Shown piece by piece: positions 24,681 through 40,955 of a stretch of 64,000 nucleotides of DNA. Position 1 is the stretch's first letter. Each line of letters starts with the position of its first letter. The stretch spans positions 17,213-81,212 of the forward strand of contig NW_021833292.1 in the NCBI RefSeq assembly GCF_006345805.1. Direction: 5' to 3'. This stretch comes from Octopus sinensis (Eukaryota). Below the pieces are notes generated by a model. It was given only the letters and a program-made list of their open reading frames with translations. It searched no databases and was not told where the DNA came from. Both the position numbers and the translations under genes were made by a program.

Positions 24681-25761
24681 GTAGGAATAATTTCATAGTA
24701 ATATCCTCAACGGAAAAATTAAATATGTTAGAGGTCATTATAGCAAAAATGCACCCGAATAAGATAACATCTTAACAATAAAAGCAGAAAGGTTGAACGA
24801 AGGACCCAAGCTACCAGGACAAGATTTTGTAATACTGAGTCTAAGTTATAAACTGCTGACAGCGAGAGGGGAAGAACATGTTATCCTGAGGCCAAACCAC
24901 GTTCAGAATGGCTTCAGCAGAATGGACCCCGCCTAACACCAAAGATTCCACGAAGGTGTCAACCCAGGTTGGTGTTAAATCTGTTTATGGACTTCTATAT
25001 GGTTTCTGTCAAACGAAATTAACTTCACGAGACATGGATCGTTGAGTAGGATCGAAATTCAAATCTGATCGAAAAACAGAACTTCTTAAACGCACGAACA
25101 CACGACTACAAGTGCGTCGAAAGAAAAAGGCATGACAGATAACGTTGTCAGCTTTACTACTCTCAAAAAACACAAAAAAAAAATGAATAGTAAAAAACAT
25201 CTTCAGTCGTCACGGATAGATTTAGCATTGTATTCAAACAACTGTTCTGATTCTGGCTGTTTGGGTGTGACGGTGGGCGTACAATATTTTATTTTGTATA
25301 AAAATCACTCGAATAAAGACATTTATAGACATGAAACCAAAATCAAGGAAACTGTTAACTGAAATTTGACAACTAGAATAATAATTGTTAATATCAGACG
25401 CGTCTTTAGTGACAAATGATAGCTTTTGGTGTCGTTTTCCGTTTACAGATTGGAGGTTGCCAAGTCGGATAAACATCGACAATTGAAAAACGAATATCAT
25501 CTATATCACAATCCTAGCCTAGTTCTGAAGGACACATCATTCTATCACGCACATATGGACATATATATATACGCACACGCATATATATGTATATATACAC
25601 ACTTAAAAGCTCACACATTTAGCCATTACCACAGAAATATACACACCTGTATATATATATATATATATATATATAGATAGATAGATAGATAGATATATGA
25701 TGAATATATATGATGATAAATATGACGACATGTGTATATATATATATGTATATATATATGT

Positions 25762-25970
25762 ATAGTCGCCATGATAGATCGTTAGCCACTACACACATAT
25801 TTTCTCTCCTTGTTTCTCTCCTTGTTTTTTTTCTGTTTCCCTTTCTGTAGGAGAGCGTAGGCTCGAAACGTAAAAGACTTTTTCTATTCACGAGCATTAT
25901 ACTTATACATCTGTTTGTTTTGTACACCACCTGTCTTCGTCTTTTGTGTCTTTTTGTAAACTCTCCCTAT
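25762..25970 (+). mobile_element. Family D element with a degenerate hammerhead-like motif (25841-25877)
   Basis: CTTT-CTGTAGGA-GAGC-GTAG-GCTC-GAAAC-GTA-AAAG; ends in (TA)n. Confidence 0.7.
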
Positions 25971-27960
25971 ATATATATATGTGTATATATATATATATAT
26001 TATATATATATATATAATATATATATATATACATACACACATACATACATACATACATACATACATACATACATACATACATACATACATACATACATAC
26101 CTATATGATATATATGTCATCATCATCATCATCATCGGCAATAAGGGATATTTGCCTATTTGACGGGTATAAAGACGGCAAAAGTACGGAAACAAATTTT
26201 GTCTCTGGAAAATTTAAGTTGACGCTGTACACAATATTTCATTTAAAAGTGAATATCAAATTAAGATGGCGAGCTGGCCGCTTCGTTAGTACACCGGTGG
26301 AAAATGCTGAGTGGCATTTTGTCGGTGTTCATGCTCTGTGCTGAAATTCCACCGAGCTCGACTTCGCCATTCATCTTTTCGGTGGGTGGAGATAATAAGT
26401 ACCAGTTGAGGACTGTAGTCGAAGCAGTCGTCTTATCCTGTCCCCATTGAAAGCGCGTGGCTTAGTGGATTATCTTAACGTCTTTTCCATGCTCCTTGAG
26501 ATGAATTTTTGAGATGCTAGAGTAAGCATCTTGAAGAAACAAACTTTTGCATAAAGCACATGTACTGAATTACCTCACAGATTAGGAAAGAAATATTAAA
26601 GAAATAATAAAAACATTAAATACATTAATTTCATTTGGAACAGGGTGTTTCTATAAAGCTGATTATAGAGAATTATTGCACGTAGAAACTCTAAACTAGA
26701 AGAGTATTTTGAGAAGATTAATGCATTGGAACTGCATATGTTTGTTTGTTGTAGATTTTGCTGCTTATCTTCTCACTTATCAAAGAGACCTATCATCAGA
26801 GAATTTCCATCTATGGCCATCGACTATAGTTTATGCAGCACTAAATTACCTTTATAGTCGACTATATGAAAAAATTCAGATTCAAGTCTGATTTGAAGAA
26901 AGTATTTAGTAAATATTACAGGGAAATCGATCTTACAGAGTCGCTTTCATGGGTTCGATTATGAAAGGTTGTTGTTAGATTTGCTTTTTGATCAGCTCCT
27001 GGTCAGCCTGGTTTAGTAGAACTATGATCAAAAGCATTCCAGTCATGACCATCCCATTTTCATTTAAGAAATTGTGTGTTTCTCTTCGTGAAAAATTTTG
27101 GAGATACATGGATAGAATGCCTTACGGTATTTGTTCTATATCACAGCTCCCTGAGTTCAATCCTGTCTAGGTTACGTCACTTGTCAACCTTTCAAACGTG
27201 AAAAATTAGTACCAATACAGGGGTGGTAAATTAAAGGAAGTGTTGGTGGGTTGTACAAGGTACCCACTTCTGTTCCCTCAGTACAACATCCACAGATATA
27301 ATCGTATAAAGTATTTTTTGAACCAAAGGGGGTTAAGTTCTTTCCAAGGGGAAATAATTCAACCGCCCCGTCCCATCTAACCCGCAAGTTTCAGAACCAC
27401 GCTTATAAACACTGCAGATTATGTGACCCCTGGGTACAACCCCCCCCCCCCAAAAAAAAAAAACAGTTGAAGCTTTTTCTCATAAATTTGCATGATCGGA
27501 GCTGAACCAAATCTGGAGTAAAAAAAAGCAGTAGCGGCAGTAACAGCAATGATGAAGAGGCTCATAAGATGTTTCAAATTTCTAGATTTCACAATGAAAC
27601 CTCCTTCAGTGAAGCAGAGAATTTCCTAAAAAGAAATGGGGTTATTATGCTTCAATCGTGTTTAATCTCAGATCTGTTCGATCAAAGCTGACCTGGATCA
27701 AAACAACAAAAGCAACAACGTCAACGACGATGAAAAATGAAGAGCAAGAAGAAGAACGACAAGAACAGCTACAAATTATTCCTTCAAATTTTTTTTTCTT
27801 TAAGTTCTCTTTGCAGCAGAAAATATAATAAATTAGGTCTCTCCAAATTGGTCTTCCCCAAACCACAACATTACCTCGACTGTTCCATTGACTATCAGAT
27901 ATGATATCAAGTTATTATAAGTACTAAATGTGAAATAATAGAAAACTTTTTTAGTTTTCT

Positions 27961-28330
27961 TCTTACTTTACTACATTGTACTTGTAACGGCGTTCACCCA
28001 GGTCCTAACAGCATCACGAACCATGGCGGCCCACGCTCGATGGTCCCGTGCGAGGTCGCTGGAAATGCCAAGCCGTTCGCGGTTTCGCGGTTCCCTCTGC
28101 GCAGACCGAGCACCTGCGGATCTGAGAGTCCGGAGAGGTCCTCCTTTATCGTCGTTGCCCAAGTCTTCAGCTGTCCGCCCGTGCGTTTGCGCCAGCTGGG
28201 AAGTGGAAGTGGTAGGAGGATATCGCGAATCAGCTCACCCTCTGGACGCCGGACCGCATGACCGAACCACCTTAAGCGCCGTTGTAAAATCACCGAAGGG
28301 AGGCGCCGGAGATTCAGGCTTTTTCTTCTA
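27961..28330 (-). mobile_element. RTE-clade LINE 3' end, 5'-truncated and frameshifted
   Basis: LQRRLRWFGHAVRRPEGELIR...RKRTGGQLKTWATTIKEDL, then DLARDHRAWAAMVRDAV; the tail reads ACAAGTACAATGTAGTAAAGTAAG. Confidence 0.9.
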
Positions 28331-31300
28331 GACCATGCTGTAGGAATAACTCACGGTTATATAAAAAATAACCGTATTTCTAATATTATTTGTTGAATAC
28401 CAAGTAGCAGCAATCAATATGCTATAATTTACTTATAAACTGAACACCAGGAAAATTTAAAATTTTCAACACTTGTTCGTTCTTTATTTTTTAAATCTTA
28501 TAATTTACAATTTGAACCACGTTAACTTCGGCAGTAGAGATAATTTTTTTGCCCTCCCCTTCCCTTGGTGCCCTAAGTACGTGCTTATATTATTTTATGG
28601 TTAATCCGTGCCTTCCGTAATTGCTAAGGTCAATAATTTAGAAAATTACGTCGTCGCCTTTGCAAAGAAACACATCCAAAACTAGTGAAATTTGGAAGTA
28701 AAAACACGATTGGTAAACAAAATGGAAAGAGTCAACAAATAATGTTTTTTCAATTCCATGTTAATAATATCTGGCGTAAAGATTAAAAAACGAAAAGATT
28801 ATGCAGCTAGTTGATTTGTTTATATTAATTTCAGATGAATTGCAAATCTAATTTCTTCTAATTTCTAAATTGTATAAGCGCACAAAAATTTTTAACGGTA
28901 AATTATTTCCGTGCAGGAATTACACGTACAAGTACTAAATTGTTGAGTTTTCTAAATTTAATATATAAGATATTCTGGTTCACTTGAAAAATTGCCATTT
29001 AATTAAAAATACAGTAAAGGGATGAAAGTCACTGACAGAGATAGAATTTATTTATATAAAATGCCAGATTTTATAAACCTGTATTGTATGTTAATGGTTT
29101 TGGCGTCTATATATTGGTTAGTTTAGAACCTCCAAACCTGCTAATGCCTTGCATACGGAAGAGAGTTTCATAATTTGAAATGAAAATAAAAATTAATAAT
29201 CAAGCCAATAAGTGGTCGTGTATTGCCGTTCAAACAGCTATAAATTGTAACTAAATCCCCCTTAAAACCCACCTTGCCTACCTTTATATATTGAAAGTAG
29301 CACTGGTAAATATAGTCCTTGATAGCTTATGTGTGGATTAAAAGATGTGATGCAGAGAAAACGCCTAATGCTAGAATCCGTAAACATGGATAGGTTTCTT
29401 TATCTGAAATGATTAAAAAGAAGGTATTAATCACAGTATTTGAACAGACATTTATCCATCTCCAAAATATTTTATGTGACTTTCACTTTTAATTGGTTGG
29501 AATTTGTTGTCAAATTCGATCACAGAGGTGCATACAACGAATCCAAATAAAAGATGATTTCAATGTCATATTCTAGAAAGCGATACTGTGGGTATCAGAT
29601 GTCAGGGAAACGATTGACATAAATACCGTTGTGCAACGTTAGAATTCTTTCAATAACTTTAAATTTATGTTCACATTACAAACGCATAATTATCAAAATA
29701 ATATTTACTCTTAGCTCAAGTTGAACCGAGAAATCCTACAGGCCAGATTTAATTATCAAATCTTTAACTCATACCTACGCTATCAAAGACGGATATTTCC
29801 AATACTTCTTTGTAATTTTAATGATCGACAAGATACGTTTTACTGAGCAAGAAATATTCCATACAATTGAATAAGTTACTAGTATACCAAAGCTGCCCTT
29901 GAACTAGACGAAATAAGTTCATCGCAGCTCATCACTGAAACAAGAATATATAAATCACAGTATGTGTGCTTATAAGGTTTAACACATACATTTCCACAAT
30001 TCTCAACCGATTTTCATCAAACTTTACACATACATTACATATGCCCCAAGGATAGTCATGCACGAAATATTTTTCCCAGAACGATCTTTTTTTATAAAAG
30101 TGAAAGGACCTTATTTATTTATTATTTATTTCGAATGTCCACTTGTAAGAGTGATTAAATTGACTAGTAACACTGTACGCGATGAATATCCAATACCAAA
30201 CAATCTTAATCCCCATATTGAAAGTGCATTAAACTTTGGCAAGCTTGCCTTTATCCATACTGAGTTATTCAAAAGGTGATGTTCCGTCCCATCTCTTCTA
30301 TCTGTTAATACCTTTGTTTACTTTTGTTGATACCTTTGATATCGTTGTTTCACTTAATGGATGGCTAAATAAGCATCCTTAATTTACCCATCCATTATGA
30401 CATTTCGACTGTTGTCCATTGTTTCAAATACGTTTTAGCATTGTCCTTCTAGCCTCTTTTAAACAATCAGATATGATTCGTCCCAAACAATCAACTTTTG
30501 CATAAGAGTTTTGCTTCCACTAGTGAAAGCTATACGTATCTTTCAGTAAGCTCTGTACCAATTCAACTTTATGAAGCATTTGCTGTTAGTTTATGCGCAG
30601 GCTATGTGGGAAGAGAGAATAAAGGGGCTTCTGTTAGCTTATCTCTCCGAAAAAATAGCTCCCTTTCCTGTTGAAAAAATAAACTCGCAGAGGCTAAGTT
30701 TCAACGTCTTCCTTCAATTTCATTTATGTGACTGTTTCTTACAAGAAATTTTGCTGTAATGTGTAACAACTATATTTTGTAGACATTATCCGTAATCTAC
30801 TCCCAAAACACTTCTGTAGCTCTACTTTGCATCGCTTGCAAAATTATATGTTCTATGATCATTGAAGTGTAACGACCTTCACAATAACCAGCCTTCAATT
30901 TGATTTTCCGTTCCTAGGTTAATCGGAAACATAGATTGCCTTGCTACTCATAAACCTTCACGGTAGTTCAATTATTTGGTGAAAAAAATACTACCAAAGC
31001 AACTTAAACCCCCCGAAGGAAGGGTGCATTTGCTAGTAGTTATATAGAGTGGATTACTGAGACATTGGTGCTTTGAATTTGTGTAGAATCAGTAATAAGA
31101 AACTTAAGAATGAACTTTACGCTGATATGCAGTACACAACATAAACTGTTAAAAGCATCCAGAGCAGACGATATCATGTCTGCTGAAAACATTCCATTTA
31201 AAAAATACGGATGCATATGTTTGAAAAGTTAATAAATCGTGGAAATTTGGTGTTCAGTAAAAACAAAAAAATCACGAAAGCCAAATATACAAAGAGTAGG

Positions 31301-31445
31301 AAACTTTTCATAATCAAACTCAAGTTGGTATTAAAGAGTTTCCAAATGCTGCACACCGTTTCTTCGCTTTAGATACGGACTCAAAAGTACATTTATTTAA
31401 ATACAAGCGTGTGAGTATACTTGTGTATGTGTTTATGTAAATACG

Positions 31446-31510
<65 letters not shown>

Positions 31511-32052
31511 GATATAGATAGATAGATTGATAGACAGACAGATAGATAGATAGACAGAGAGATAGAGAGAAAGGTAGAGAGAGAGAAATGAGAAGATACA
31601 CATAAACTTATGCTTGTATACAAGAAGATACGAGAACATTTAATTGGACATTTTATCTGGTGTGTGCGCGTGTGTGTTTGTGTGTGTGTGTGTGTGTATG
31701 TGTGTGTGTGTGTTTGTGTGTTTGTGTTGTATAGCAGCTAAATATCCAGCATATCACACCCAAGCGACTTTGGAGAAACGACATATTAGATTATGAAGTT
31801 CTAGGGATACTATATCTGAATAAATGATGTGAATATTCGCCGATACAATTGCCTTTGATCATAGATCTGCGCAAGTACTCAGACATAGATAGATATATGC
31901 ATACAAATACCTATGTCAAATATATATATATATGGTGTGTGTGTATGCATGTGTGTGTGTTCTATAGAAGACACATACGTGCGCCAAATAATACATCATA
32001 ATTAATGTAAGTGAGGGTATTATTTCTTTTTTCTATTGAAGTACTAGGAAAT

Positions 32053-32138
<86 letters not shown>

Positions 32139-32432
32139 GTGTGTAAGGAATTACTTTGGGCTACAACATTAAATCTAGAAATGTCTAAACGCACACAAGC
32201 AAAAAAACTCACAAACACCCCAAAACGCACGAAGGTACAAAGGAAGACTCACCCTCCCACTCACACACTCTCACTCATACACACGTATATTAATTCATTT
32301 ATTAGCCGAGGTTACTATAGCAATGACAGTCTTGCGCAAAGTTTGATAAGTTCTTCGGAACGAAAGTCTAGCCCCTTGATTGATTCTTATACATACATAC
32401 ATACATAATACATACATACATTCATACATATA

Positions 32433-32525
<93 letters not shown>

Positions 32526-33605
32526 ATATATATGTATAAATATATGTATATATATGTATATATATGTATGTATATGTATATATATATATGTATATGTGTA
32601 TATATTTATATAAACATGCATACATGTACATATATATATATACATGCACACATATATATACATACATACACGAATGACTTGACAAACGAAAGTAGGCCAC
32701 TTAGCACACACACACACATATATATATATATACGTACATAGATCCAAATGCACGCATTTATTTTCCTTAAAGAAGGAAAAATAAATGAGAGAAATCCCTT
32801 ACGTCAAGTTGGACACTTAATAAGTATTGTAGCTGTCGGAAACCCCTTGAAACAATGAATGACCCGAAATAATCAAGAATTGAAGGATTGCGTTCTCTTT
32901 CTCTTGGACTCTATTCCGAGCTTTGGAACCACGCTTCTGTCTCACCATTCCAAGAATATTAACAACTCTGACCTTTACAAGCATCATCGCATTGCACTCA
33001 AATTCAACGCCCTAAGTCTATAAAATGCGGCCATTAATAACATCATTTCCTAACCCTTGAATCGCTTCTCGTTATTAATGACTAACACTACGAATTTTGT
33101 AAATCTAGATCTAGATCTACTGGAAACTTATTCTGTTATTGACACTGGGCTCTTCTCCAGACAAATTGACTGAAAGCATAAATATTTCGCCAGAGAGCAG
33201 CTGGCGAAAATCTTTTCAAATTGTTTGTCTATGGGCTCAACAAGTCATTTCTCTTATTCATTCTGACAGAATTTTTATCTTTGATCACAAAATTTCAGCA
33301 TCATCAGATTCGGGTTTTTGCGATCCCATCTTATGAATTATTGTGTGAACCAAAGTTTTACTTTTCTCTCTAACATAATGATCCTAATACACATCTACAG
33401 CCGACTTACTCTTACGTCTAACAACCGCCAATGTCGACAGATACCACTGTTCATTCCTCTCTAATCTTCCACGCTCAAACTTCCTCAACATATTACCGAA
33501 ACATTTCACACAAAATCGACACAGACTTCAAAATATACCCCTACTAATCTTTTCTACAATACTAGAAAATAATATATTATCAAGAATACATTGTAATACC
33601 CCATT

Positions 33606-34014
33606 CTCGCGCGGGGGCATGCGTGCGTAACTTTAACCTATTGATTGTTCTCTCTTCAGTCATTGGACTACGATTATGCTGGGGTATCACCTTGAAGGGT
33701 TTAGTCAAACAAATCGACTTCAGTATTTATCTTTTGAAGGTGTGGTACGTACTCTGTCTTTCTGTTTCGCTAAAATGTTATATTACAGGGAATTAAACGA
33801 ACACCGGTTGTCAAGCGATGGGCGGAACAAACAGCAGAAAGATCTACTCGCGCGCAGAGACACTCACACACTCACACATACCAGACCCCCAATTCTGTCT
33901 CGTAACCACTGCGATTTTCATCTGAAGAAGATAAGTCGAGTGAGTTTGTTCCCTGCTTTAGTCAATCGATCAATTACCAGATTGATCAATAAATGCGATT
34001 AAGGCAGTAAGGGA
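33606..34014 (+). repeat. Local duplicated segment, copy 1 (copy 2 at 35749-36604)
   Basis: Shared unique text such as GGGGGCATGCGTGCGTAACTTTAACCTATTGATTGTTCTCTCTTCAG and CAACCACTGCGATTTTCATC. Confidence 0.85.
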
Positions 34015-34060
34015 CTCTTATCTTATGCGTGATTAGAACCCTGAAGGTTATGTTAATTAC

Positions 34061-34124
34061 GTGGCTTCACCATCAGTGATGATCTCTCCTGGCAAATGAA
34101 TACGTTCCACATAGTGCAATGGTT
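34061..34124 (-). CDS. Candidate exon xPLHYVERIHLPGEIITDGEA(T); aligns with PLXDC [20 protein letters not shown]
   Basis: Acceptor TATTTTATGGTTCTGTAAATTAG, donor GTAATT. By-eye match at R, L, I, T and A, with conservative V/I and N/D. Confidence 0.4.
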
Positions 34125-34961
34125 CTAATTTACAGAACCATAAAATAATACAACCCCTTATTTGTATTAAATCTGAAGAACACTTAACTGACACTCACAA
34201 GGGAGTATCACTTCCACATTTGTGGCGGTGATGTTGCTACAAACACGCGCGCTTGGGCACAATACAAACGCACATATACATAAACAAGCATCACACACAC
34301 ACATACACTTATGATGTAGCAGTTCGTCAAAATAGACCGATAAAATAAGTAATAGATTTACAAAGAATAAGCCCTCCGACTAAAACGCCCTTTAGGGCAG
34401 TGCTCCAGCGTGGCCGGAGCCACATGAAGGAAAAATTAAAAAGGATATGTTGCAGTAGATGCCTGAACTTTATTAACACAAGTCTTTCATTTATATCGAA
34501 TAACACACAATCTGCATTTAGCTTAACTATTTTCACGTTCGAATCTGAGCTACGACGAATATATAACTACTTGGAAGTTATCTACGTTGAGTACTCTCAG
34601 TGTATTCGATCTGTTTCACTCAGAATGAATTTGAAATGCTTTCCCACGAAGTTCTTATGAGTGGGTATAGTCACACAGAAACGCAGACATACATACCCAC
34701 ACCCGAGTACACACAGATGCGAACACATGCGCGCACGCACAAATATCGGGAAAACAAGAAAGAAATAGATTATAAGTTTGTGTTTGTATGTGTGTGTGTA
34801 GATATGTATGTATCTACCTACCTACCTAGCTACCTACCTAGCTACCTACCTAGCTACCTAACTACATACCTACCTATATATATATATATATGTGTGTGTG
34901 TATGTGTGAGTTTGTGTCTATGGGTATGTGTGTGTGCGTTTGTGTGTGATGTATAAACATA

Positions 34962-34999
<38 letters not shown>

Positions 35000-35119
35000 T
35001 ATATGTATATATATATAGATATAAAGAATTATACCTATATTTATACATACGTTATACATACACGCAAACTATAAACGCACTCACACATGTACTCTCTCTC
35101 ACACACATAACCGTATATT

Positions 35120-35163
<44 letters not shown>

Positions 35164-35865
35164 TATATGTGTGTGTAAGTATGTGTGTGTGTATGATGAA
35201 CGTAAAAAAGCAAATCTAAAAAGTGGACAGACAATATTTAAAGTGTCACGAATTCTTGGACGTTTTTTCAGTTATCATTATAGACATTTATGTATGTGTT
35301 CTACCTAAAAAAAAAAGAAAAACAAAACAAAACACAAAAACAAAAAAAAAAATATTTGCGGTCTTGAATAGGAGCAATTCAGGTTCTGCAAGGAAAGTGT
35401 TAACATTATACGAGGATTTAAATGTCAGCATAATTATGCAGTGCCTTGATAGAAGATCCTATATATATAGATATCTCATGGAAGGTTTAGCATCATCGAA
35501 TTTCGATTGATATAAACATCCTTGTTTGTTGCAGTAGAATTTGATTGATATTTACCTCTTCATTATAAGAGAAAAGAAACTAATATAACGAAAATGAAGC
35601 TGTGGGGCTAACAAGTTAGCTTGAAAACCATGGAATTTCACGTTCGAACTTATTTAGCGGCCCCTTCTGCAAGTCTTTTGTTCTGGAGACCCGGTAAATC
35701 AATGCTTTGTGATTGCACCTGGTGGACGAAAATTGTTTAAAAATTACACTCTCGTGGGGGCATGCGTGCGTAACTTTAACCTATTGATTGTTCTCTCTTC
35801 AGTCATTGGACTACGACCATGCTGGAGTATCAGCTTGAAGGGTTTAGTAAAAAAATTCGACTTCA

Positions 35866-36084
35866 CTCTTTACTCTTTTACTTTTTTTCAGTCATGTGAC
35901 TGTAGCCATGCTGGAGCACAACCTTAAGTCGAGCAAATCGATGCCAGGATTTATTGTTTGTAAGCCTAGTACTTATTCAATGGTCTCTTTTGCCGAACCG
36001 CTAAGTTACGGGGACGTAAATTCACCAGCATCAGTTGTCAAGCGATGTTGGTGGGACGAACACAGACACACAAACATATACACA

Positions 36085-36117
<33 letters not shown>

Positions 36118-36280
36118 GATGGGCTTCTTTCAGTTTCCGTCTACCAAATCCACTCACAAGGCATTGGTCGGCCTGATGCTAGAGTAAAAAACACTTGCCC
36201 AAGGTGCCACGCAGTGGAACTGAACCTGGAACCATGTGCTTCGTAAGCAAGCTACTTACCACACAGCTGATCCTACGCGT
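35866..36280 (-). mobile_element. Family A SINE inserted into copy 2 of the local duplication
   Basis: Interrupts the duplicated sequence between CTTCA and GTATTTA, which are contiguous in copy 1. Confidence 0.85.
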
Positions 36281-37026
36281 ATTTATTTTTTTTAAATTTT
36301 GGTACATAATCTGTTTTCTGTTTCGCCAAAATGTTATATTAAAGGGAATTAAACGAACACCGGTTGTCAAGCGATGGTGGGAACAAACAGAAGCAGAAAC
36401 ATCTACTCGCGCACAGAGACACTCAAACACTCACGCATAATCCCCACCACCACCACCACTACCACCACCACCACACACAAATTCTTTCTCGCAACCACTG
36501 CGATTTTCATCCCAAGAAGATAATTTGAGTGAGTTTCTTCTCTACTTTATTCAATCGATCAATTATCAGAATGAGCAATAAATGCGATCAAAGCAGCAAG
36601 GGGCTTTGATTGCCAAACCTTACCGAAAACACGTTGCAAACTGTACAAAAATGTATGTATATCTATTATCTTTGTCTTTTGATATGCATGTGTTTTTGTG
36701 TGTGTGTGTGTACGAGACAGAGATAACGTGAAAATATGTGAGAGTGATAAATGGTTACTTCAGGACCAGACTGCCAAAATTACTCAGTTGCCATAGCTAT
36801 TCATTCTGTAGCTCGAAAGAAGAAATTACGCAGTCTTGGCTAGGCATGTGTTGCTGTAAGAGGAAAGCCCCTCAATGTGCAGCATAAGTTGATAAGCTTA
36901 CAGAACTGCAAGGCTACTTTTAACAGCAGCAGAAAATGCAGATTATATAAAGCCTAGAAAAGAACCATATTAAAACAGTTCAGCACGCAGATAAACCGCA
37001 GAATGATATTTTCATTCCTTGCTTAC

Positions 37027-37123
37027 ATGAAAGAAGTTATATTTTATAATGCCTTCGGGCCTCATCATGAATATAAAAACTAGTTCTTCACCTTCGGCTC
37101 TTTCATCAACATATCGTGAGAAT
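37027..37123 (-). CDS. Candidate exon xFSRYVDERAEGEELVFIFMMRPEGIIKYNFFH; NIDO-like/PLXDC strand (cf. FTFQATLLMDGRIIFGYKE)
   Basis: Acceptor TCTTTGTATTTGTTTCAG, donor GTAAGC, single open frame. Phase-0 end at the position equivalent to GYKE. Confidence 0.6.
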
Positions 37124-37969
37124 CTGAAACAAATACAAAGAATCCCCAAAACATATATGAGCCCTCAAACGGGGTGAAATCTTTGGGTAATCACCCAGCA
37201 ACTCCATGCCCAAATAAAAGACCTACACATATAAAAACCCTACACATTTTACAACGGTAGTTGAATAACGATCTCGGACCCTTCATACATTCTCAGAAAA
37301 CTCTTGTAGCTTTCATATTATAACGTGACATTTAGAGCTAACGCACATGACCCCAAATGTGTCACGTGCTCAGATTCATTTTTTCCCCCTACAAACCGGA
37401 TGTGAGATTTCATCGAGAATAACAGAGAAAAGTTGCTATATTACGTTCCATACCAACCGGCTCTGACGAGCTTGCATTGTTATTAAAGCGTGCAGTTATG
37501 TATTAACCTGTTTTAACACTATCTTTGTGAACCCGATTACTAAGATCGGCATGCGGTCGATAAAGCTATGTATTTGAATTATACATACATACACACAAAC
37601 ACACACACAGACATACTGACACACACACGCACATATAATGAAACAATGCACACGTGTATGTGTTTATATGTGTGCGTGTATTTATAGGTTCTGCCAGGCA
37701 GTTGAAAATCAAACGGAACAGAAGGTCATCACAGTTGATCGCATATTCAGCAAGATATATCACAAAGAGAGATTATTTATCAAAGCGTTCCGTGTCTGAA
37801 TAACTAGGACACAACTGTGGAACTTAAAGGCTGCTAGACACAGGCCATAATACGTTTCATGCAGTTTCTCTACGGTTTTCTTGATATCAAAGGCAATCTG
37901 AGTAACACGTACGACTTACAGCGAAAGAAAATAGGAAGTATTACACACACATACAAATTCACACACACA

Positions 37970-38040
<71 letters not shown>

Positions 38041-38185
38041 TCACAGTGTGTCCCCCAAAAGCAGGAGTCTCATGTCAAAGGAGCCGCAAAGTGGGATTGA
38101 GCGTAAACCCACTGAGTTGCAAAAGTGAATTTCTTTGTCACTCTTGGGTCAATGTATGTATATATGTATATGTGTGTATATATGC

Positions 38186-38224
<39 letters not shown>

Positions 38225-38324
38225 TACATTTAGCATGAGTTTTTGTATAATGTCAGTATATACATATATGTATAATTTATTCACCAATGCGGTGCTGAGC
38301 ACTCATTTCATCGTCCTACATTTA

Positions 38325-38405
<81 letters not shown>

Positions 38406-38625
38406 GTCTGTCTGTATATATATATATATATATATACACACATGTACGTATAGTAAGTTTGCGGAAGTATATATGAGCATGTGTAAAGCTATATACATAT
38501 ACACTATACACATACACGCACATAGATGCACTCCCTATATACACATACACAAACACACGCATATGAATTTATGTAGATGTATACGTACGTGTATGTAATT
38601 AATTTTTGTATGCGTGCAAAAGAAC

Positions 38626-38663
<38 letters not shown>

Positions 38664-38869
38664 GGGGGAGATGAATGTTGAAATTTGAAAGGGGAGGTAA
38701 GTTTTCTAAGAATGGAAAAGGGAACTGTTCAAATAGAAAAGGTGTAAGGGCAAAAAATTTATATTAGAAAAGATGAAAGGTAAAATTGAAAGCTATTTGA
38801 TCGTCAACTTGTCTATGTTGATGCTCCAGGACCAATTCCTACCGTTGATGTCGTTGTTGCAGACATTAT

Positions 38870-39901
<1,032 letters not shown>

Positions 39902-40637
39902 GTTGTCATTGTTGTTATTATTATTATTGTTGCTGTTGTTGTTGTTGATATTGTCGTTGCAATTGTTATCATTATTACAATGTTATTGCCTCTGAACGAT
40001 GTCCGAAGTATGTTTTCCATCGCTTCCGAAATATATAGCTTCTAGGAAAGGAAATAACGTCACAATACGTGTATATATGTGCGTGTGTTGCGTATGTGTT
40101 TGTGTGTGAATGGATGCGTTTGTGTGTACGTATAGGTGTATGTTTTTCTATACATATATGTATATATATATACATATATATATACTTATATATATATCGA
40201 TATATTTGTATGTATGTATGTATGTATGCATGTATGTATGTATGTATGTATGTATGTATGTATGTATGTGCGTTTTCGTGTGTTCGAGTATCTGTGTTCC
40301 TGTGTGTCTAACTTGCCATAGAATTACAGAGATAGAAAGGAAAATAACGGTTTGTTGTTGAGTTGGGCCACTAGCCATTTTTATTCGGACAGGCAGAAAA
40401 TAAAGATAGATTATTTTTTAAACTCTGCTGAGATGGTACTTCTCTCCAGTAATATATCAGCAATAACGATTTCTTTTTTGTTTACCACAAGGGCTCAGAG
40501 GCAACCAGGGTAATACATATATATCATTTATAATATGATTCAATGTAGGAGTAGTTATTCAAAACCTGACACGGATTCGATAAATTTAGGAAAGGAATTA
40601 CCTGCCTGTGTTGGGTAAAAAATATATAAAATCTTAC

Positions 40638-40687
40638 ATGAACGTCGTTCAAGTCCATAGTATATGTACGAGAAGTATCAGTAAACG
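40638..40687 (-). CDS. Candidate 50-nt exon xFTDTSRTYTMDLNDVH
   Basis: Strong acceptor TTTATTTATTTTATTATACAG and donor GTAAGA; one open frame; no recognisable motif. Confidence 0.35.
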
Positions 40688-40727
40688 CTGTATAATAAAA
40701 TAAATAAATGCACTCTTTTAAAGCCTA

Positions 40728-40955
40728 GCCAAGCTCATGGACCCGGTTTCCCGGTTTCTATGGCGTATGTGTTCCCCATCTGGACGGGACGCTGGTCCAT
40801 AGCAGCGTTACTCATTTTTGCCAGCTGAGTGGACTGGAGCAACGTGAAATGAAGTGTTTTGCTCAAGAACACAACGCGTCGCCCGGTCCAGGAATCGAAA
40901 CCACAATCTTACGATCATGATGCTGACACCCTAACCACTAAGCCACGCGCTCCAC
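40728..40955 (-). mobile_element. tRNA-derived SINE (family C)
   Basis: Reverse complement of the 19638-type head and central domain. Confidence 0.85.

Noticed and set aside
32803-32870. Minus-strand GHSLFQGVSDSY resembling PLXDC HPVKVGLSDAF
   Set aside because: An in-frame TAA follows before the donor and there is no usable acceptor in that frame; could be a pseudo-exon or chance.
33408-33525. Minus-strand LCRFCVKCFG...ERNEQW, loosely PSI-like
   Set aside because: Cysteine spacing does not match PSI and the acceptor is poor.
35221-35305. Very strong minus-strand polypyrimidine tract plus AG at ~35305
   Set aside because: All frames close within about 10 codons; probably a decayed poly(A) tract.
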